Origin: an uncultured Chloroflexia bacterium
GTDB lineage: Bacteria; Chloroflexota; Limnocylindria; Limnocylindrales; CSP1-4
Assembly (NCBI GenBank): GCA_963697135.1
Contig: CAVOMZ010000007.1
Coordinates: 209,110 to 273,109 of the forward strand
Direction: 5' to 3'
DNA: 64,000 bases
Shown here piece by piece: positions 16,517 through 25,844 of the stretch. The first letter of the stretch is position 1. Every line of letters starts with the position of its first letter. The position numbers and the translations under genes were made by a program. The notes under the pieces were generated by a model. The model made no database searches. It saw nothing but the letters and a program-made list of their open reading frames with translations, and was not told the DNA's origin.

Positions 16517-18348
16517 CGGGATCCTCCTGCCACGCCGGCGGTTCCGGCGAGTTGCGCATCACGGTAGGACTCCTTGTAGAGCCGGCCGTCGCTCGAGACC
16601 TCCTGCAGCTCGAACCGCTCCATCGTAATGGCGTCGAACGGGCATCGCTTGACGCACAGGGCGCAGCGGATGCAGCGCTCCTCGTCGAGGACCATGGCCG
16701 CCCCCTGGCTCCAGCCGTAGGCCTCCTCGACCTCGGGCAGGAGGCCCTCGCTCTTGAGCTGGTTGATGTCGACCATGTGGATGACGCCCTCGGGGCAGAC
16801 ATCCGCGCAGGCACCGCACAGGACGCAGCGGAACGGGTCGAACCAGATGTTGAAGTTGCACATCAGGCAGCGGGTCGACTCGGCCACGGCCTGGTTGGCG
16901 GTGTAGCCCAGCTCGACCGGGGTGGTGAAGTTGACCGTGGGGTCGGCCGAGGGGATCCGCGTCTCGACCGGGGCCATGGGAATGTGCTGGCGGGGCAGCA
17001 CGTCGTAGAACTCGGGCATGTCGTGGCGCCACGAGCTGGTGATCTTGACGTTGGCCGCGACGCTCACGTCGGTCCGTCCGGTCAGGTAGCGGTCGATCGC
17101 GTAGGCGCACTTCTTGCCGTGCCCGGCCGCCTCGATCAGGGTCGTCGGGCCGGTCACGAAATCGCCGCAGGCGAAGACGCCCCGGACGTTCGTGGCGTAC
17201 GTCGCCGGATCGACCTTGACCCGGCCGCGGTTGATCTCGAAGCTCGCCTCGACCGGCAGGAAGGTGAGATCGGCCGCCTGGGACACGGCCGGGATCACGG
17301 TGTCTGCCTTGATCTCGAACTCCGAGCCGGGGATCGGCACGGGCGAGCGCCGGCCGGAGGCGTCCGGCTCGCCCAGCCGGTTGCGGATGAAGCGGACCGC
17401 GCTGACGTGGCCGTCCTCGCCGATCACCTCGATCGGGCTGGCCAGGAACTCCATCCGGACGCCTTCGCGCTCGGTCTCGCCCAGCTCCTCCTCGTCGACG
17501 ACCAGCTCGGAGCGGGTCCGGCGGTAGACGATGGCGACGTTCTCGGCGCCGTGGCGAAGGCTCGTCCGCGAGCAGTCCATGGCGGTGTAGCCGCCGCCGA
17601 TCACGACGACGTCGCGGCCGACCTCGAGCTCCTGGCCGAGGTTGGCCAGCTTCATGAAGTCGACCCCGTACTGGACGCCTTCCAGGTCGCCTCCGGGCAC
17701 GTCGAGGGCGACCGCGTCCATCGCTCCGGCCGTGATCGAGATCGCGTCGAAGTCGCGCTGGAGCTGCTCGAAGGTGATGTCCTTGCCGATCGTCGTGTTG
17801 AACACGAATTTCGCGCCGAGCTGCTCGACCAGGCGGATGTCCATCTCGATCGCTTCGCGCGGCAGGCGGAAGGCGGGGACCCCGATCAGCATCGTCCCGC
17901 CGCCGTAGGGCAGGCTGTCGAAGACGGTCACCTGGAAACCCTTGAGCGACAGCTCGCGAGCGACGGAGATCCCGGCGGGTCCGGCCCCGACCACGGCGAC
18001 CCGCTCGCTCCGGGGGGTGATCGCCGGGATCACATCCGGAATGCCCGAGGCCTCGTGCCACTCGACCAGGAAGCGCTTCATCGCCCGAATCGCCAGCGGC
18101 CGGTCGATGTCCCCTCGCCGGCAGGCTCGCTCGCAGGGGGCCGAGCAGACATACGAGCACATCGCGGCGACCGGATTCGGGTCGCGGCTGAGGATGTAGC
18201 CCTCCTCGAACCGGCCTTCGGCAGCGAGGTTGAGGTAACCCCGGCAGTTCGTGCCGACCGGACATGCCTCCTGGCACTCGATGTTGCACTGGAGCCATGA
18301 CGCGTCGACGGGCTGAACGAGGAATTCCTGGTTCGGGTCGATGGCCAA
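16513..18348 (-). CDS. GltD/dihydropyrimidine-dehydrogenase-like FAD/NAD(P)-binding oxidoreductase with N-terminal and C-terminal iron-sulfur (4Fe-4S) cysteine clusters
   Basis: N-terminal Cys cluster CNIECQEACPVGTNC...CSYVCSAPCERAC. Dinucleotide fold VAVVGAGPAGIS and VVVIGGGYTAMD. C-terminal ferredoxin motifs CVLCGACADVCP and CIRCALCVKRCP. Confidence 0.8.
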   Translation of the reverse strand: MAIDPNQEFLVQPVDASWLQCNIECQEACPVGTNCRGYLNLAAEGRFEEGYILSRDPNPVAAMCSYVCSAPCERACRRGDIDRPLAIRAMKRFLVEWHEASGIPDVIPAITPRSERVAVVGAGPAGISVARELSLKGFQVTVFDSLPYGGGTMLIGVPAFRLPREAIEMDIRLVEQLGAKFVFNTTIGKDITFEQLQRDFDAISITAGAMDAVALDVPGGDLEGVQYGVDFMKLANLGQELEVGRDVVVIGGGYTAMDCSRTSLRHGAENVAIVYRRTRSELVVDEEELGETEREGVRMEFLASPIEVIGEDGHVSAVRFIRNRLGEPDASGRRSPVPIPGSEFEIKADTVIPAVSQAADLTFLPVEASFEINRGRVKVDPATYATNVRGVFACGDFVTGPTTLIEAAGHGKKCAYAIDRYLTGRTDVSVAANVKITSSWRHDMPEFYDVLPRQHIPMAPVETRIPSADPTVNFTTPVELGYTANQAVAESTRCLMCNFNIWFDPFRCVLCGACADVCPEGVIHMVDINQLKSEGLLPEVEEAYGWSQGAAMVLDEERCIRCALCVKRCPFDAITMERFELQEVSSDGRLYKESYRDAQLAGTAGVAGGSR

Positions 18349-19245
18349 GTCGGAGGTCGTGCCTTTCCCTGAGCGATTGACAGGAGGAAGCGGCGGCGGG
18401 AGACCGACCAGCCGAATCTACCACTGGCACTCGCTGATGTGCAGCGAGTGAGCCGTCCGGCGAGGTGCACCGGCGCTCCCGTCAGGCAGGCGTCAGCGGG
18501 TTGACGCCCGCCGGTGGGGCAGACTACCCTCGGGCCCAGGTTCAGGCACGACCCCAGCGGCCCGGACCATGAGGAGGGTCCGGCCTGAGCGAGCTCGCGA
18601 TACTGGCAATCGGCCTGCGTGGTCGGCCTCGGCGGCCGGCTTCACCCTCCTCTCGGTGGTCCAGTCGAGGCCGCGGCCCGCACGTGAGATCCGGCTCACG
18701 GTCACCCCCAATGCGCTGCCGGCCCGGCGCGCCTCAACCCTCGCCGTCGACCGGACCCGGGCCGGGGCCGACCTGCCCGGCCGGGGCGGACCGGCCGATC
18801 CGGCCATCCTCGCCGCAAGCCGGCCGAACGACCGGCCGGCCAGAACACATGTTCCGGGCGGGCCCGACGGCGGGGCGCTCGTTGCCTTCCCGATTGCCCG
18901 CCGGATCGAGGCCGGCCAGGCGGTCACGCCCGACGTTCCGGTCGTCGGCAGGGCGCCCACCGTCGAAGCGATGGCTGCGCCGGTGGCGGTCGCCGTTGCC
19001 GTCGCCGAGCGCCCTCCGGAAGGAGCCTCGGAAGTCATCGCCGGCGCGCCCGAGTCCGACCCGATCGTCGGACGTCGGCCCTGGCCGAGCCCGGTCCGGC
19101 CGGCGAGCCGGCAGCGTCATCGGCCGATCCGCCGGCGCCATCCGGGGCGAGCCCGGCCGCAGCCACGGGCCCCTGCGCCGACGAGCGGCGCCTGGCCGGG
19201 GAGCGCTGCGACCTGGCCGATCGCCTGCGCGAGCAGTCGAACGTC

Positions 19246-20329
19246 GTGAGCCAGAGCCTGCGCGAGCAGCAGCGCGCCTACGACGCCCTCGCCGCCCGAG
19301 CGGCCCAGGCCGCCGAATCCGTCGACGCCCGCCAGATCCAGGCGGCCAAGGAGGCGGCCCGCCAGGCCTTCCGGCGGGCCCACGCCGCGGCCCGCTCGCG
19401 CGACGACATCGAGACGGCCGCCAGCGACTGGCTGGGCGAGATCAACCGGGTGAACCAGGCCGCCCGGGACGGAGCCGCGGAGGCGGTCCGGACGCGCGAC
19501 GCGTCGGCCGGCCTGGCCCTCGCCATCGAGCGGCTGAGCCTCGAGGCCGACGTGGCCCGGATCAATGCCGAGTCAGCCGCCGAAGCCTGCCATGCCGCAC
19601 GCGAGGCGTTGGCCGCCTGCGAGGAGGCCCAGGTCGATCGCCGGGCTGGGCGGGTTCCGGTCGGGGCCGGAGCCGAGGCGCCCGTGCTCGTGGCGGCCCG
19701 GCCCACGCCTCGTCGGCGGGCCGGAGCTTGAGCCGGGCGAGGTGGACGAGATCATTCCCCCGGCCGCGCGGGCCTTCGCGGGGGCCGAGCCTCGGATCCT
19801 GCGGATGCTCCACGGCGACGGGGCCGCGGTCCGGGCCGTGGTCCTTGAGGTGGCCGGGGACGACCCGGCCGATCAGCGCCGCTGGCAGCTCCTGCTGAGC
19901 AACCTCGTCGATGCCTGCGTGGCCCGGGCGATCGAGACATCCTCGCTCGAGTTCCCGCTCGAGCATCCCTTCTGGGGGCCGTTCAGCCAGGCCCAGAACC
20001 GGGACATCGCGACGGCCCTGGCCTCGCTCGGCTATCGCTTCGACGGATTGGGCGGCTTCGCCGACGGCCGGATTCCCAGCCAGCGCGACCTGTCGCTGGC
20101 CCTCGGCTACGCCGGGCTGGACCCGATGCGCCTCCGGACGTGGCCGAGCGAGGCGATGATGCCCCGCCTGTTCGAGGAGGTTCGGGTCGCCGCCGACGAA
20201 TTGGTCGCGGCCGCCGCGCCGGACCTCAGCCTGGGCGAGATGGTCGCCCTGCTGGGCGGCCGGGCCGAACCGCTGGCCGACCTCTGGAACAACTGGGGCA
20301 AGGTCCGGCCGGCCCTCCTGGAGGCCTGA
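19246..20329 (+). CDS. Hypothetical protein with a coiled-coil-like N-terminal part. Frame shift near 19570-19730. Start uncertain.
   Basis: ORF 19246..19731 (Ala/Arg/Glu-rich helical repeats) continues in ORF 19565..20329 with the non-repetitive ...LEFPLEHPFWGPFSQAQNRDIATALASLGYRFDGLGGFADGRIP... No homology recalled. Confidence 0.35.
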
Positions 20330-20351
20330 TCCGGGACCGGTCGCCGGCCGG

Positions 20352-21192
20352 CTAGCCTTCGTTCGGGGCGGCCTCGGTGGCCGATTCGACAGCTTCGGCG
20401 TCGGCCGTTTCGGGCCCCCCGGCGGGCCCCTCGTCGTCTTCGTCGATCACCACGACCCGGAAGTCCTCGGCCGCGGCCGCTCCGATCCGGGCGCCGTCCT
20501 CGGCCGCCCATTCGGTGATTCGCTCGGCCAGCTTGTCCGGCTCGTGGATCTGGCTGGCGTGGGCGGCCAGGGCGGCGATCTTCCGGCTGAGCGTTGCGCT
20601 CACGTCGACCCAGGCTCGCGGCTGGGTCGTCCAGAACAGGTAGACCCGCCGGACCCGGTGGGCCGCCAGGCCGGACCGGGCGAGGGCCGGAAAGGCCATC
20701 GGATTGCGGGCGGCCGGGTAGACCGCGTCGATCGCCGCGATGCCCGGCCGCCCGATGGTCGGTGTGATTGATCCCGCCTCCGGGATAGACGATGACGTCC
20801 GGGTCCTGGGCCAGGACCGCATCGGGCCGGAAGGTGCGGATCTCCCGGACGAGCTGCTCGCGCAGGACGAGGTCGTTGGCCAGGGCCCCGTCGGGCTGGT
20901 GCAGGAAGGTGACTCCGGCGTAGCCGACGATCGCCGCGGCGGCCCGCTGCTCGGCCTCGCGCAGCTGACCCAGCTCGATCGGGTCGGCCTCGGGGTCCTC
21001 GCCGCCCTGGTCGCCGCTCGTGCAGCACACGAGCCAGCCCGAGGACCCCGCGTCGATCCAGCGGGCCGCCGTCGCGGCCGGTCCGAAGTCGGCATCATCC
21101 GGATGGGCGACGATGACCATGAATCGCTCCGGACGCCAGTCGTGCGGATCGGCCGCCGGAGGCGGCGAAGCTGGGTCGTGCAGCTCGGTCAT
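20352..21192 (-). CDS. PIG-L/LmbE-family N-acetylglucosaminyl deacetylase. Frame shift near 20770.
   Basis: FMVIVAHPDDADFGPAATAARW...VCCTSGDQGGEDP...HTDHRAAG in ORF 20107..21192, continuing as ...AALAAHASQIHEP... in ORF 20352..21098. Confidence 0.7.
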
Positions 21193-21307
21193 CGGTTGAT
21201 CATCGGTCGGGTAATTTCAGGAGACTCTGCGGTATGATCGGAGGCGAAGCCTCGCTCGTATCCCCCCACGAGCGAGGCTTCGCTGCGCTCTCGAGCAGGC
21301 TGGCGAT

Positions 21308-21799
21308 CAGCCGCCGGGGCTGGCCGCGACCCGGGCAGCCGCCAGCTTGGCCAGGACATCGGCCGGGTGTCCGTCGGCCTTGACCTTGTGCCAGGCGTAG
21401 GCGATCTTGCCATCCGGATCGACCAGGTAGGACGAGCGCTGGATGCCCATGTACTCCTTGCCGTAGTTCTTGCGCAGCGTCCAGGCGCCCCACCTGGTCG
21501 AGACCGCGTGGTCCTCGTCCGAGAGCAGGGTGAAGGGCAGGTCGAACTTCGCCCGGAATCGGGCGTGGCTCGCGGCGGGGTCCGGGCTGATGCCCCAGAC
21601 GTCGGCCGACTGGTCGAGGATCGGGCCATTCAGGTCGCGGAACTGGCAGGCCTCGGTCGTGCAGCCCGCGGTGTCGTCCTCGGGATAGAAGTAGACGACC
21701 GTCCAGCGCCCGGCCTGGTCGCTCAGCCGGTGGATGACCCCGGCCTCGTCGGGCAGGGCGAGCGTCTGGGGCGCGGTCGCCAGCCTCGGGCATCGTCAT
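21308..21799 (-). CDS. bcp: Thiol peroxidase Bcp (peroxiredoxin). Frame shift near 21760.
   Basis: My own translation gives MTMPEAGDRAPD, then after a slip TLALPDEAGVIHRLSDQAGRWTVVYFYPEDDTAGCTTEACQFRDL...DPDGKIAYAWHKV. Not in the ORF track as one piece. Confidence 0.7.
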
Positions 21800-22493
21800 G
21801 GCTCCGAGCCTAGCAGGATCGTCTCGATCACGAGCAGGCGGCCGGCCCGGAGCTCGACCCAGGCGTCCGGCGGGCGCAGGGCGAGGACCTCGTTCGAGAG
21901 GCCGAGCGACGAGCCGGCCTCGCAGCGTCGCCCCGACCAGCGGCCAGCGCAGGCCGCCGGTCGTGACCCCGTCGGCCGGTCCATCGAAGGGCAGGAGGGT
22001 CACCAGGGCTCCGGGCCGAGGGGCCAGGTCGAGTCGGACCGGCCCGGCCCGGCTGCCGTCCAGGAGCCTGACCCGGGTCCGTCCGTCGAGCAGGGTCACC
22101 TCCCGGCCGGCCAGGCCGGGCAGGGCCAGGAGCGAGACGTTGGCGAGGAGGTGGTCGACCCGTCCGCCGAACGCTCCGAGGACGACGATGGCCCGGGCGC
22201 CCCGGCTGATCGCTGCCCGCAGGGCGAGCTCGAGATCGGATTCGTCCTTGTCGGCCGGCGAGCGGTCGATCGCAACGCCCTGCCCGGCGAAGGCGGCCAG
22301 GCCGGGCTCGCCGAGCGAGTCGGCATCGCCGACGATCAGGTCGAGACGCGACGCCGAGGGGGCTCGCCAGGAGCGCCCCGGCGTCGGCCGCGATCACCAG
22401 CTCGAGGCCGTCGGCCCAGCCCGGCCAGGCGGCGTCGAGCTCGGCCCGGGACGGTCCGAATCCTCCGGCCAGGACGAGCGCGCGGGTCACCAC
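21796..22493 (-). CDS. Thiamine pyrophosphokinase. Multiple frame shifts.
   Basis: MVTRALVLAGGFGPSRAELDAAW...ELVIAADAGA. Later pieces in other frames give ...DLELALRAA..ARAIVVLGAFGGRVDHLLANV... and a C-terminal ...LSNEVLALRPPDAWVELRAGRLLVIE. Confidence 0.5.
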
Positions 22494-22533
22494 GGCTCGA
22501 TCCTACCCGACGGCCCGATGCTAGACTCCGGCC

Positions 22534-23055
22534 GTGCCCGAAGTCCTCGATCACCCGGCCATTCAGCGCGTCGTCGAGGCCGCCAGCCGGAAGGGCGTCA
22601 CCCTCGAGATCCGGACGTTCGACGAGTCGACCCACACCGCGGCCGAGGCGGCTGCGGCGGTCGGGGCCGAGCTCGGCCAGATCGTCAAGTCGCTCGTCTT
22701 CGTCGTTCCCGGCGAGAACGGCACGCTCGAGCCGATCCTGTGCCTCGTCTCCGGGCCGAACCGGGTCGACCTTGCCCGCCTGGCCGCCGTGACCGGCGAG
22801 CGGGACGTTCGCCGGGCCACCGCCCGCGAGGCGAACGAGCTGTCGGGCTTCACGATCGGGGGGATCCCGCCGATCGGCCATACCCGGCCGATGCGGGTGA
22901 TCATGGATCCCGACCTCGGCCGATTCCAGGTGGTCTGGGCGGCCGCCGGAACCGCGACCGCCGTCTTCCCGGTTCCGCCGGCCACCCTGCGCACGCTCGC
23001 CAACGCGATGGTCGCCCCGATCACCGAGGAACCTGGCGCGACCCAGGACGGATGA
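22534..23055 (+). CDS. ybaK: YbaK/ProX-type Cys-tRNA(Pro)/aminoacyl-tRNA deacylase
   Basis: 173 aa with ...IVKSLVFVV...ILCLVSGPNRVDLARLAAVTGE...FTIGGIPPIGH. Confidence 0.8.
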   Translation: MPEVLDHPAIQRVVEAASRKGVTLEIRTFDESTHTAAEAAAAVGAELGQIVKSLVFVVPGENGTLEPILCLVSGPNRVDLARLAAVTGERDVRRATAREANELSGFTIGGIPPIGHTRPMRVIMDPDLGRFQVVWAAAGTATAVFPVPPATLRTLANAMVAPITEEPGATQDG

Positions 23056-23865
23056 CCGGCGAACCGCGCGTCGCGGTTGCGGCTATCCCGGCGGCATCCG
23101 GGTCCGCTCGGCCTGGGGCGGCAGCGGCAGCGGGCCGGCGGTCTTCGCCCTTTCGGAGGTCGGCGGAACGCTGGTCGAGCACGGCCCGCTCGTCTCGCCG
23201 ACCTACGAGCGGCTGTGCCGGGCCGAGCTGCGGGTCGAGACTCCGGCCGGGGCCTGGGCCGTCCGGCTGGCATCGCCGATCTTCGACGAGCCCGCCGTTC
23301 TGCTGTGGGACGAGCCCAGCTGCTCGTCGTCGCCTACGGCTTTGTCACGCTACGCCTTTGGAGCCCGCAGCGGCGAGCTGCGCTGGAGCCACCGCTCGCA
23401 TACGCCGCTCGTCCGGATCCTCGGCTCGTCCCGGCTGTCCCACGTGATCGTCCAGGCCGAGATCGAGACGTTCGCGATCGAGCCCGACGGCGAGGTCGCC
23501 TGGCGGATCGCCCACACTGATGTCGTGACCGAGGCGAACCTGGTCGGCGGCCGGCTCGTCCTGACGAGCTTCGCCGGCCAGCTCAGCGCGCTCGACCCGC
23601 AGACCGGCCGCCGGCCGGCTAGCCAGGCGGGGCCCAGGCCGGCTAGCCCGCAGGCTCGGGCCGGCCGGTGGACGAGCGGTGGACAGCCGTCGACCGGCCG
23701 GTCGATTGGTGGATAACTTCCGTTGACCCGGGACCGGCCGGCCGCCTATCGTTGCCGCAGCCCGGAGGGGCCGAGCGAGCGCTAACGGTCGAGATGACAT
23801 CAAGACCCACGCGCCGGGTAGGTTCCTTCGGGCCTTTCCATGCCCGATGGGTATCATCTCCGGAC

Positions 23866-24584
23866 GTGGAACCCCTCCTCCCGATCGTCCTCGGCCTCGC
23901 CTCGGTGGCCGCCGGCGGGCTGTTCCTGCGATCCTTCGGACCTGGCCAGCGGGTCGGCCGGCTCCTCGCGGCGACGCCCCAGGTGAGCGTCGAGCAGGCC
24001 GTCGCCCTGGCCGGCCGAGGCGGTCCCCCGCTACGTCCGGGTCGACGGCCGGCTCGACAGCGACGAGGACTTTCCCGACGAGCGCAACCAGCCCCTGATC
24101 TTCCGCCGCCGGCGGCTCGAGGCCTGGCGCGGCCGGCGCTGGGAGATCCTGGGCGAGGCCCGCGACGTCGTGCCGTTCCAGCTCAACGAGGGCCTCGCCG
24201 TCGATCGCGATCGACGGCCAGGCCCTCGGTGTCGGCCTGGTCGTCCTGCCCCGCGAGGCGGTCGGTGCGGCCGCCGAGGCGCCCGACCTGTTGCCCGACG
24301 GAATCGACCCCGAGACTCGCGTCCGGCTCCGGGTCGAGCAGGTCTCGGCGGTCGAGCACGCGACCGTCGTCGGCACCCCGGCCCGCGATCCGGCCGGCCA
24401 GCCGATCCTGACCGCCGGCACCGGCCGGCCGCTGATCCTGTCCACCCTCGAGCCGGCCGAGGCGATGCAGCTCCTGGCCGGGGGCCGCAACCGGGCGATC
24501 GGCGTCGCGGTCCTCCTCGTGGCCGGGCTCGCCCTGCTCGGCGTCGGCCTCGCCTGGGGCCTGCTCAGGCTGGTCGCCGGATGA
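23866..24584 (+). CDS. Hypothetical protein with N-terminal and C-terminal TM helices. Frame shifts.
   Basis: VEPLLPIVLGLASVAAGGLFL... then ...IDGQALGVGLVVLPREAV...RNRAIGVAVLLVAGLALLGVGLAWGLLRLVAG* across ORFs 23668..24411 and 24291..24584. Confidence 0.3.
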
Positions 24585-24903
24585 TCCAGCGCTCGTCCCG
24601 GAGGCGACGGCGCGGCCGGCCGGGTGGTCCTGATCACCCTGTGCATCGGCTGGCTGCTGATCGCGGCGGCGGCGACCGCCCTGGCCGCCGATCCCAGCCC
24701 GAGCCCGGGCGGGGACGCCGGTGGAGACACGCGCTCATCGGGCGAGGGCCCCGGCCTGGTCGGCTCGCCCCTGTTCGCGATCGGCGGGGTCCTCGTCGTC
24801 GCCCTGGTCAGCATCGGCCTGGCCCAGGCCTACCTCCGGGCCACCCCGGACCGCTCGGCCGCCCGGGACGTGCCGTCTGATGAGCCAGGGCCCGACTGAG
24901 CCG

Positions 24904-25755
24904 ATGAGCGGTCGGTCGAGCCGGGCAGCCATCATCGCCGGGCTGATCGTGGCTGCCCTGGCGGGCGGGGCGATCCTCGGGGCCGTCCCAGCCGCTCGCC
25001 GGGTGGCCCCTCCGCCGGGGCCGTCGGGCAGCCCGGTCGCCGCTCGGCAGCCCGCCCGCGAGCGGCGGTCCGAGCTCCGCCTTCGGCCCGCCGGCCGGCT
25101 TCGTCGCCGCCGGGCAGCCCGGCCGCGGGAGCGTCCCCGGCAGCGAGCTCGCCGCCTCGCCGGCTCGAGCGGCCTCGCGGCCGCGCCCACCTCGGCCGCC
25201 GGCTTCGTCAAGGGCAAGACGGTCGTGCCGATGGGCTGGCCGTTCGCGCCGTCGGTCAAGGTCACCTTCGGCCCCGGCTTCGGCGTCTACCGGGTCGGTC
25301 CGCTCGAGCCGTTCAACATGATCTCGGGCGTCTCGAAGTCGGGCGCCCTCCTGCGCGGCCACGACGGGATCGACCTGCAGGTGCCGGTCGGGACGCCGGT
25401 GCTCGCCCCGTTCAGCGGCCTGGTCATCGATCCGGCGACCCGCTGGGTGCCCTGGGATCCGGCCCGCTACGGCAAGGTCGTGGCGATCGTCAGCGACGAG
25501 CCGACCTCGCCGGGCTATACGGTCATCCTCGTCCACCTCTCGGTCGTCGGCGTGCCGGTCGGCAGCCACGTCACCCGGGGCCAGGCCGTCGGCCTGACCG
25601 GGATCACCGGCGACGCCGCCGGAACGATCCCCCACCTCCACCTCGAGCTCCGGGCGCCGTTCCTGATCCGCTACCGGGTCCACGGCGTGATCCGCCGGGT
25701 CGACGCCTTCGATCCCCGGCCCTCCCTGCTGGCGGCGGAGCCGAAGCGCCACTGA
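24904..25755 (+). CDS. M23-family metallopeptidase, membrane-anchored
   Basis: N-terminal TM AIIAGLIVAALAGGAIL. Catalytic HDGIDLQVPVGTPV and HLHLEL motifs. Confidence 0.8.
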   Translation: MSGRSSRAAIIAGLIVAALAGGAILGAVPAARRVAPPPGPSGSPVAARQPARERRSELRLRPAGRLRRRRAARPRERPRQRARRLAGSSGLAAAPTSAAGFVKGKTVVPMGWPFAPSVKVTFGPGFGVYRVGPLEPFNMISGVSKSGALLRGHDGIDLQVPVGTPVLAPFSGLVIDPATRWVPWDPARYGKVVAIVSDEPTSPGYTVILVHLSVVGVPVGSHVTRGQAVGLTGITGDAAGTIPHLHLELRAPFLIRYRVHGVIRRVDAFDPRPSLLAAEPKRH

Positions 25756-25844
25756 TCGCCCGGCGGCGCCCCTGGGACGTTCGTCCTATTGGCAAGAACT
25801 GGTAGTTTGCCCAGACTTCCGGGACTTACCAATTCCTCCAAACG

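Noticed and set aside
16552-18430. ORFs 16552..18300+ and 16559..18430- overlapping the FeS flavoprotein gene
   Set aside because: These are alternative frames or the antisense of a gene whose chosen frame has clear Rossmann and ferredoxin motifs.
18493-19900. Cluster of overlapping ORFs (18493..19038-, 18569..19249+, 18684..19898+, 18734..19141-)
   Set aside because: They are all extreme Arg/Pro/Ala/Gly low-complexity and mutually overlapping, with no TM or motif content. Only the downstream part (19246-20329) has non-repetitive sequence, and that is annotated as hypothetical with low confidence.
23345-24814. 489-aa minus-strand ORF
   Set aside because: It is an R/P/A/S-rich low-complexity translation antisense to more plausible, though frame-shifted, plus-strand membrane-protein and peptidase ORFs.
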